This document shows positions 52,135-59,701 of a stretch of DNA of 64,000 nt, in pieces. Within the stretch, counting starts at the first letter, position 1. Every line of letters begins with the position of its first letter. A program made the position numbers and the translations under genes. Source of the stretch: an uncultured Thermoplasmata archaeon (lineage in GTDB: Archaea > Thermoplasmatota > Thermoplasmata > Lutacidiplasmatales > UBA184); the NCBI GenBank assembly GCA_963804525.1, contig CAWDQO010000005.1, positions 107,871 to 171,870 of the forward strand. Reading direction: 5' to 3'. The notes beneath the pieces were generated by a model. That model saw only the letters and a program-made list of their open reading frames with translations, was not told where the DNA came from and ran no database searches.

Positions 52135-53450
52135 GTGGCCGACGGAACTCCGGAGAAACTCCCCGGCGCCGCCGCGGCACCCTCCCCATCCGCGGACCCG
52201 ACCGCGGAGCTCTCCGTCGCGGACCTCGAGGCGCTTCTCCCCCGCCCGACCGGCCAGAAGGAGATGTGGACCGCCGTGGCGATCGTCTGCCTGATCGTGG
52301 CGGTCGCCCTCACCTTCGGCTCCTACGCCGGCTGGTTCGCCCCTCCCAAGCCGTCGCTCGCCCCGCCGTGCCCGACCGCCCTCGCGATCAACGGGGCCGG
52401 GTCGGCGTCGGTCGCCCCGGTCGTGGCCGCCTGGGAGAACTCCCTCGGTGCGTCGACGGGGTGCTACCAGATCGGCTTCAACGATTCGGGGAGCGCGACC
52501 GGGGTCGCCGGACTCCTGTCCCGGAGCGTCGACTACCTCGCGACCGATGCTCCGCTGAACGCGACCCAGTTCGCCGCCACTCCCGACCCCGTCGTCACGC
52601 TCCCGGTCGCCCTGGTGGGGATCGCCATCGCCTACGATGTCCCCGGCGTGGGACCGGGGCTCCACCTCGACGGGCCGGTGCTGGCCGGCATCTACCTCGG
52701 CACGATCGTCCGGTGGAACGACCCGGCGATCGCGGCCTTGAACCCCGGGGTTTCACTCCCGGGGAACTCCATCGTTCCCGTCCATCTGAGCGACCCGGGC
52801 GGGACGACCCGCATCTTCTCCGAGTACCTCGCGGCCCAGAACGCCACGTGGAACTCGACCACCGCGGGGGGAGCGAGCCCCCAGTGGCCGGTCGGCATCG
52901 CCGTCGGCTCGGACTTGGCTCTCGCCACCTCCGTCGGCACGGCGGCCGGGGAGGTCGGTTACGCGGCGTGGGGGGCGACGGTCAACGCCGGCGACACGGT
53001 CGCCGCGCTCCCGGCCGAGAGCGGCGGGTACGTCACCCCGAGCGCGGCGAGCATCTCCGCCGCGACCCCGACGCCTTCGAGCCTTCCCGCGGGGAACGCG
53101 AGCTGGGCGGGGGTCTCCCTGCTCGACCAGGCCGCCGCGGGGGCGTACCCGGTGACGGCATTCTCCTACCTGATCACCTACATGGACCTCGGGGCCGCGT
53201 TCGGGACGAACTTCAGCTACAGCGCGGCCGACTGGCTCGCGTTCTTCTTCATCTGGGCGTCCCTCCACGGAATGAACGCGACGACCCCGCTGTCGTTCGT
53301 CCCCCTGACGGGACTCCAGTCGACCGCCGATATCCAGACGCTCGAGCTGATGAATTACAACGGGGTCCACCTGACATCCGACATCGACAAGGACCACGAC
53401 CCCGGCGGGACGTACAGACCCGTACTTCCTCCCGCGGGCCTCGTGAAACC
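52135..53450 (+). CDS. PstS-like substrate-binding protein, degenerate; no stop codon in this assembly, reads into the next gene
   Basis: TM anchor, INGAGS, YLATDAPL, IYLGTIVRWNDPAIAALNPG, GAYPV..YL. Confidence 0.8.
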
Positions 53451-53529
53451 CGACCTGCTCGGGCCCCCGGACCCCGTCCGGCCGGGGGAATGCCGGCCGT
53501 CGGCCCCGGAGAGCGCCGGCGCCGCGAGC

Positions 53530-53543
53530 ACGTATATATACGT
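53530..53543. promoter_or_regulatory. Perfect 14-bp palindrome ACGTATATATACGT containing a TATA box
   Basis: Self-complementary and AT-rich, about 75 bp upstream of in-frame GTG 53617, which has a GGGAG SD-like sequence. Confidence 0.6.
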
Positions 53544-53616
53544 CATGGCGGAATCTCTCCGTAGGGGAGCCCGGCCGACGGGCTTCCGGTGCGAGGGAGC
53601 GGGTACGGGAGCTGCG

Positions 53617-55518
53617 GTGGCCATCGGCCCGACCCTGGCCGTTTCGGTCGCGCTCGTCGTGGCGCTGACCGCCGGGACGTCCGCGGCCGTCTACTGGGCG
53701 CGGGCCCGGGGCCCGTTCCGCGGGTCGTTCGCGCGCGGCGCGCTCCTGACGGCCCTGCTCGCCGCGGCCGCGCTCGCGGCGGCGTGGCTGACGGCGGCGG
53801 CGACCGGCGCGCTCCCCGCGGGCAGCCGGCTCGAGGCGCTCGCCGACGTCGTGGCGTCGCCGTACTTCCTCTTCCCGCTCGCGGGCGAGATGGCGGTCCT
53901 CTCCGTCCTGTCGTTCCGCTCGCTCGCGTCGGAATGGAGGACCCTCCTCCTGCTCCCCCCGGGGATCGTGGTCCTCTCGGCGCTCGCCGTCGGATGGCCG
54001 GCGGAGACGACCTTCGCGGTCCTCGCCGCGAGCCTCCTCATCGTCGTCCAGTTCACCTACCTGATGCTGTTCATGTACCGGAACAAGCAGCTCTACGTTC
54101 CGGTCGCCGCGTACATGGTCCGGCTCGCGGCGGCGGGCGCGGTCGTCGGGCTCGGTCTCCTCCTCTGGGTGGCGTGGCACTCGCCGGTCGTCGTCGGCGT
54201 CGCGGCGGTCGCCGAGATGCTCGTCTTCCTCTCGGTCGCCGTCGAGCCGCCCGCGCTCCGCGACGAGGAGCGGTTCTCCTGGTTGATGCGTCCGTTCTGG
54301 GCGTTCCAGATGCTCTGCGCGATCTTCCTCGCGGAGCTGTTCCTCGGAGCGGCGCTCGACATCGCGATCTATGGCCCGGTGTACATGGCCCAGTTCCCAT
54401 GGACGACGGTCGTCGGCGTCCCCCTGACGGCGGCGCTCACGAACGCCCTCTGGGACGGCCTCTGGTTCGTCGCGGGGACCGCGGTCTCCGCCTGGTTCCT
54501 GATCCTCATGGGCCTCGAGATGGCGGCTCTCGTCGTCCTGAAGATCCGCGAGACCCGGGAGAAGGAGCAGCGGTGGCGGCTCGGCCTCATGGTCGCGGTC
54601 TACGCGATCGCCGTGGTCTACATCCCGAGCTTCTGGACGAAGACCCCGCTCGTCAGCAACTCGGTCATCGCGAGCATCCCGGTGATCGGCTGGGGAATGG
54701 GGATCCGGACGGGAGGACCGTTCGCCCCGACCGTCCTCGGCGCGATCATCCTGATGTACGCCTCGGTCGGCGTCCTCACCGTCCTGTTCGGTCGCCGGGC
54801 GCTCTGCTCGGTGATGTGCGGGGCCGCGTTGATGTACCAGTCGGCCACGATCAGCGAGATGCGGACGTTCAACCGGACGTCCCGGATCGGCCGCCTCTTC
54901 CTCGGCAGCAACTTCTCGACTGCGTACGCCGTCGCCTCCGGGGTCGCGCTCGTCTCGCTCTTCGGGACATCGTTCCTCCCGTACCTGCACCTCCTCCCCG
55001 GCGTCCAGCTCTCCGCCACCAGCTACGAGGCCGCCACGCTCCCGTTCGAGCTCTACTTCGGGGCCCTCTGGTTCGTGATGTTCGTCTCGATCCCGTACGT
55101 CGGGAACTACAACTGCGTCACGACAGGGTTCTGCCACTGGGGGTCGTTCGCGCAGCTGTTCAGCAAGGCGACGTTCTTCAAGCTCCGCGTCAAGGACAAG
55201 ACGATCTGCCAGACGTGCACGACCGTCGACTGCGCGAAGGCGTGCCCGATCGGGCTCATCGACATGCCGATGCACTTCCGGACGAAGGGGGAGTTCCGCA
55301 GCGCGAAGTGTTGCGGGGTCGGGGATTGCATCCCCGCCTGCCCGTACGGGAACATGTACATGTCCGACGTCCGGCACTGGCTGCGCGGGCGGTTCTCCGA
55401 CCCGCTCCACCCCCCGGTCGAGACCCGGCTCCCGATGGTGGCCGCCCGGCGATCCGTAGCGCCCGGCGCCACCGCCGGCGCATCGGGGTCCTCGGCCGGT
55501 CCGACGCTCTCCCACTAA
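53617..55518 (+). CDS. Multi-pass membrane 4Fe-4S polyferredoxin (NapH/NosR-type; resembles FoxG architecture)
   Basis: About 14-15 TM helices, GRRALCSVMC, CVTTGFC, CQTCTTVDCAKACP and CCGVGDCIPACP. Confidence 0.8.
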   Translation: MAIGPTLAVSVALVVALTAGTSAAVYWARARGPFRGSFARGALLTALLAAAALAAAWLTAAATGALPAGSRLEALADVVASPYFLFPLAGEMAVLSVLSFRSLASEWRTLLLLPPGIVVLSALAVGWPAETTFAVLAASLLIVVQFTYLMLFMYRNKQLYVPVAAYMVRLAAAGAVVGLGLLLWVAWHSPVVVGVAAVAEMLVFLSVAVEPPALRDEERFSWLMRPFWAFQMLCAIFLAELFLGAALDIAIYGPVYMAQFPWTTVVGVPLTAALTNALWDGLWFVAGTAVSAWFLILMGLEMAALVVLKIRETREKEQRWRLGLMVAVYAIAVVYIPSFWTKTPLVSNSVIASIPVIGWGMGIRTGGPFAPTVLGAIILMYASVGVLTVLFGRRALCSVMCGAALMYQSATISEMRTFNRTSRIGRLFLGSNFSTAYAVASGVALVSLFGTSFLPYLHLLPGVQLSATSYEAATLPFELYFGALWFVMFVSIPYVGNYNCVTTGFCHWGSFAQLFSKATFFKLRVKDKTICQTCTTVDCAKACPIGLIDMPMHFRTKGEFRSAKCCGVGDCIPACPYGNMYMSDVRHWLRGRFSDPLHPPVETRLPMVAARRSVAPGATAGASGSSAGPTLSH

Positions 55519-55590
55519 CGCCCAAGGGATTCGCGGGCGCCGTCCCGCGATGTGCTGCCGAGGCGGACGCCGCCGAGGAGCGGCCCACGA

Positions 55591-56370
55591 TTACCGACGT
55601 CGGGACCCTTTCGGTCCGGAGTTGCCGTCGGCAAGCCCGGAGTCGAGGAGGAGCTGGAGGAGGTGCTCGTGCTTCTTCTCGTCGGACTCCATGCTGTCCC
55701 AAAGGATCCGCATCATCCCTCCGAGCTCCGGCCCGAGGTCGACCTCGCTCGTCTCCTCGGCTTCGTGCTCGCGCCGGATGAGCTGCTCGACGTCGCGCCG
55801 GGTGATTCCGGTGGGGGCGCTCGACGAGACGCCCCGGTCAAGGTACGCCGCGAGCGACGCCACGATCTCGGCGTGCCGGAGGCTGTCGGAGGCGATCTGC
55901 CGGAACAACGCCCGGGTGAGCTCGTCGCGGGAACGCTGGGCGAGCCGCATGCACTCGGCGACCGCGTTCTGCTCCCCGCGGATCCGGTCCCGGAGCCACG
56001 CGGGGACCTTCCGCTGGAGCTCGGGTCGCAACCCGGGGGTCCGCTGCCCCGGGGCGACCGGCGACCGGTTCGCGAACCGCTCGCCCAGCGCGATCGCGGC
56101 CTCGAGGACGACCCGGGTGCTCACCGCGCCGGCCATCAGCTGCTGGGCCGCCTGACGGGCGATCCGGCGCGCCTCGTCGTCCCCGAGGTAGGTGGAGAGG
56201 GTCGGACCGAGCCGCTTCCCCGAGAGATACTGGGAGACCGACGAGGGTACGATCCCCAGGAGGATCGCCGTCTGGCGCTCCGGGAGCCCGAATCCCTCGA
56301 CGAGCTCGCGGGCCACGAGCGCCTGCATCACCTGCACCGAGACGACGGGCGACGGCAGCGGGTCGGGCAC
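55591..56370 (-). CDS. HTH transcriptional regulator fused to a ferritin-like domain
   Basis: ALVARELVE.GL.E.Q.A.LLG...SVSQYLSGKR HTH; C-terminal E..DSLRH..E..DEKKH four-helix bundle. Confidence 0.8.
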   Translation of the reverse strand: MPDPLPSPVVSVQVMQALVARELVEGFGLPERQTAILLGIVPSSVSQYLSGKRLGPTLSTYLGDDEARRIARQAAQQLMAGAVSTRVVLEAAIALGERFANRSPVAPGQRTPGLRPELQRKVPAWLRDRIRGEQNAVAECMRLAQRSRDELTRALFRQIASDSLRHAEIVASLAAYLDRGVSSSAPTGITRRDVEQLIRREHEAEETSEVDLGPELGGMMRILWDSMESDEKKHEHLLQLLLDSGLADGNSGPKGSRRR

Positions 56371-56469
56371 GGGCCGGACACGGGCGCGGAGGCTACATAG
56401 CCCCTCGCGCGCCGGCGGTTGGCGGGACGACCTCCCGGGCGGTCCGACCCCGGACGCGGGGAAGAACCA

Positions 56470-57263
56470 CTAGAGCGCGTTCACCGCGAACCCGATCGCG
56501 AACCCGACCATCACGCCGAGGTAGACGATCTGGTTCCGTCGGACCGACGCCTCGCGGGACTCGAGGGGCCGGAACGCGACCCTCAGCATCGGCAGGATCA
56601 CGTACGTGATGGCGCCGATCGCGAGGGCGTCGAAGATCACGAGGAACAGGTCGTTGCTCCAGTGGTACCCGATCGCGCCGCCGAGGAGGGTCGGGAGCCC
56701 CCCGACCAGGAACAGTCCGACCATCATCGAGACGTCCCGCCGGGCGTTGGTCCCGAGGAACGGCGAGGCGATGGGGAACCCCTCGGTGACGTTCTGCAGG
56801 AAGAACCCGACGAAGACGACGGCGAGGATCCCGATCGCGCCGGCGGTCCAGTTGACCCCGAAGACGAGCCCCTCGGTCAGGTTCTGGAGGCCGATCCCGA
56901 GCGCGATGATCAGTGCCGTCCGCCGGGGACCCGGTCCGCGGCCACCCCGGTGTCGTTGCCGACGCCCACGACCGGCGAGCGCGGCAGGTTGTCGACGACG
57001 TAGAGCCCGAGGAACGCGACAACGAACGCGACCGCGAAGGCGACCGAGTAGCCGAGGTTCGCGACGTACCCGTTCGGGTAGAGGATTGGGGAGACGTCGG
57101 AGAAGACGTCGGCGAGGAGGAACACCAGAATCCCGATCGCTGCCGCGTTGAGGCCGATGGCCCATCGGCCCTGGGCCCGCTTGCTGTAGACGATGGGAAG
57201 GGAGAGGAAGATCGACAGGCCCATCGCGGCGGTCAACGCCATGAAGATCCAGAAGTCGCCCAT
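56470..57263 (-). CDS. ZIP family divalent metal transporter; frameshift near 56925
   Basis: AAIGILVFL, GIGLQNLTEGL, FLQNVTEGF, GAITYV. Confidence 0.88.
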
Positions 57264-57530
57264 CGTCGGTTCGGACGAGGTGGGAGCGCGGCACGATTTA
57301 ACTGTTTCGTCAGTGAATTCTGCAGGAGTACAAATCACGGAGTGAATTTCGGACTCCCGGCTCCGCCGGTGCCGCCCCACCGCTTACCGGGGGTCCGATT
57401 CGGGCGTCTGCCACGGATTGGCTCGAGCGGCCGTCGTCCGAACGTCTCCGAGGCGGTGGGTCCGGTGCCAGCAAACCGTCAAGAGGAGTCGCGGTCGTCC
57501 TCTCACCGCCCGGCGCCTCCGGGAATCGCT

Positions 57531-58256
57531 ATGGGACTGCCGAAACCGTCGCTGGAGGAATTGCTCCACCCGGCCGCCTCAGGGCCCCACGGGTCCTCCG
57601 AGAAGGTGCGGGTCGTGGCCGTCGCCGACCTTCCCACCCGGTTCGGGGAGTTCGAGGTCGTTTCGTTCCGGACCCCGGGCGACGGCAAGGACCACGCCGC
57701 GCTCGTCCTCGGGGACATCGGCGGGAAGGAGAACGTCCCGGTGCGCCTCCACTCCGAGTGCCTGACCGGCGACGTGTTCGCCTCCCTCCGCTGCGACTGC
57801 CGCGAGCAGCTCGAACTCGCGATCGAGGAGATCCTCGCCCGGGGCTCCGGGGCGCTCCTCTACCTCCGGCAGGAAGGGCGCGGGATCGGCCTCGAGAACA
57901 AGATCAAGGCGTACCGGCTCCAGGAGCTCGGCCTCGACACGATCGAGGCGAACGAGGCGCTCGGGTTCCGGGCCGACGAGCGGGACTACCTCGTCGCCGC
58001 CGAGATGCTCCGGGCCCTCGACGTCCGTTCGATCCTCCTCATGTCGAACAACCCGGCGAAGATCAACGACCTCCAGGCCCACGGGGTCCGGATCGCCGGT
58101 CGGATCCCCCTCGAGGTCTCCCCGAACCCGCACAACGCGAAGTACCTGGAGACGAAGCGGGTCCGCGCCGGCCACCTGCTGAAGGAGCCCCCCTGGCCCC
58201 CGATGCGGGAACAGATCGACTGCCTGCACTCCTCCACCGGACCCTCCGAGGGCTGA
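57531..58256 (+). CDS. ribA: GTP cyclohydrolase II
   Basis: VRLHSECLTGDVFASLRCDC, QEGRGIGL.NK, MSNNPAK, YLETK. Confidence 0.96.
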   Translation: MGLPKPSLEELLHPAASGPHGSSEKVRVVAVADLPTRFGEFEVVSFRTPGDGKDHAALVLGDIGGKENVPVRLHSECLTGDVFASLRCDCREQLELAIEEILARGSGALLYLRQEGRGIGLENKIKAYRLQELGLDTIEANEALGFRADERDYLVAAEMLRALDVRSILLMSNNPAKINDLQAHGVRIAGRIPLEVSPNPHNAKYLETKRVRAGHLLKEPPWPPMREQIDCLHSSTGPSEG

Positions 58257-58293
58257 CCCGGAGCCCGCACGGGCCCCCGTCGGGAACGCTCCC

Positions 58294-59142
58294 GTGGCCC
58301 CTGAGCCAACCCCGCCCGACCCCCGGATCGGGGTCGTGGCGGGCGTGTTCGCGCCAAACGCCCCGAACCTGATCGACCCGACGGTCCTCGGCGTCGGCGG
58401 GGAAGCGACGGTCCAGGCCCTCCGGGGCCTCGACCTCGAACGGAAGGTCCGGCCGGACGCGATCGTCGTCGCCTCGCCGCACTGGGTCTCCCGAACCTCG
58501 TTCCTGGTCGATGTGTCGCCCCGGCCGAGGTTCATCGAGGACTTCTCCGGATTTCCGCCGGCGATGTACGGCCACCGGTACGAGCCACCCGGGGACCCGG
58601 TACTTGCCCGGGCCCTCCTCGCGGCCGGTCGGTCGGCCGGGGTACCGGTCGCCGAGAGCGAGGAGTGGGGGCTCGACCACGGGGCGTGGACCGCCCTCGC
58701 GGCCCTCGTCCCGTCGGCGCGCGTCCCGGTCGTCGCGCTCTGGTACTCGCTGGCGTCGCCCGAGGACCATCTGCGGTGGGGTCGCGCGGTCGCCGCGGGG
58801 GCCGCCGCCGCGGGCCGCGCGGTCGCGTTCGTCGCCACCGGCCAGATCCTCCACAATTTCGCGAAGTTTTCGTTCGGACCGGACGCGGCCCGGTGGCCCG
58901 AGGGCGAGGCGATCGAATCGGAGGTCCTCGCCCGGATGCTCGCGCTGGACGTCGACGGGATCGTCCGGTTCGACCGGGCCAAATGGCGGGAGGCGCAGCC
59001 GGAAGGGGGACTCGGGCCGTACTTCGTCCTCGCCGGGGCGCTCGGGGACCGGTTCGCGCCGCGGCTCGTCAGCAACGAGCGGTGCTTCGGGAGCGCCGGG
59101 ATGACGGTCGTCGAATACCTGCCAAGGGCCGCGCGCGGGTGA
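58294..59142 (+). CDS. LigB-family (class III) extradiol dioxygenase-like protein
   Basis: SPHW, DFSGFP..Y, PGDP.LA, GLDHG, GQILHN. Confidence 0.85.
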   Translation: MAPEPTPPDPRIGVVAGVFAPNAPNLIDPTVLGVGGEATVQALRGLDLERKVRPDAIVVASPHWVSRTSFLVDVSPRPRFIEDFSGFPPAMYGHRYEPPGDPVLARALLAAGRSAGVPVAESEEWGLDHGAWTALAALVPSARVPVVALWYSLASPEDHLRWGRAVAAGAAAAGRAVAFVATGQILHNFAKFSFGPDAARWPEGEAIESEVLARMLALDVDGIVRFDRAKWREAQPEGGLGPYFVLAGALGDRFAPRLVSNERCFGSAGMTVVEYLPRAARG

Positions 59143-59245
59143 CCCGCGGGCGCCCGGTGACCGCTCCCGGTCGTTCCGGCGGATACGTCACCTCGAACGG
59201 AATAACCATGTGGAAGGGTGCGCTCCCGGTTCGGGAGGGTCGGAC

Positions 59246-59683
59246 ATGGGGCTGGACGAGGTCATCGGGGTCGGCGTGTTCGCGGTCGCGCTCGTCGTGT
59301 TCGCCTGGTCGGCGCTCCTGACGCTCCGGTTCCGTTCGGACGGGTCGCTCCTCGAGGCGATGGCGCAGGTCACCTTCCTCCCGGAGAAGCGACGGACCTA
59401 CCTCCTGCTCCTCGCCATCGAGGGGAACCTGATCCTCGACGCCGGCCTCGTCTGGGGGCTCGGCGTCGCCGGGGTCCTCCCGGCCTGGTTCGTCGAGCCG
59501 CTCCTCGGTCTTTTCCTTGCCGGAGCCGCCGCCTCCGTCGGGGCGGTCACGTGGCTCGGACTGCGGCCCCGCCGGCTCTCCGAGGGGGAACGGGTGGCCC
59601 TCCGGACGAACGCCCCCGCGATGCTCAACAGCCTCGCGTTCGCGGCGTACGCCGCGGCCGACGGGGACGAGCCGGCCCCGTAG
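59246..59683 (+). CDS. Small membrane protein (3 TM)
   Basis: GGAGG SD, three hydrophobic helices. Confidence 0.6.
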   Translation: MGLDEVIGVGVFAVALVVFAWSALLTLRFRSDGSLLEAMAQVTFLPEKRRTYLLLLAIEGNLILDAGLVWGLGVAGVLPAWFVEPLLGLFLAGAAASVGAVTWLGLRPRRLSEGERVALRTNAPAMLNSLAFAAYAAADGDEPAP

Positions 59684-59701
59684 TCGGACCGGGTCGCGGC
59701 G

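Noticed and set aside
57270-57530. FMN riboswitch upstream of ribA
   Set aside because: Only a vague GTGAA(T)TTC similarity; the conserved RFN elements and pairing are not present.
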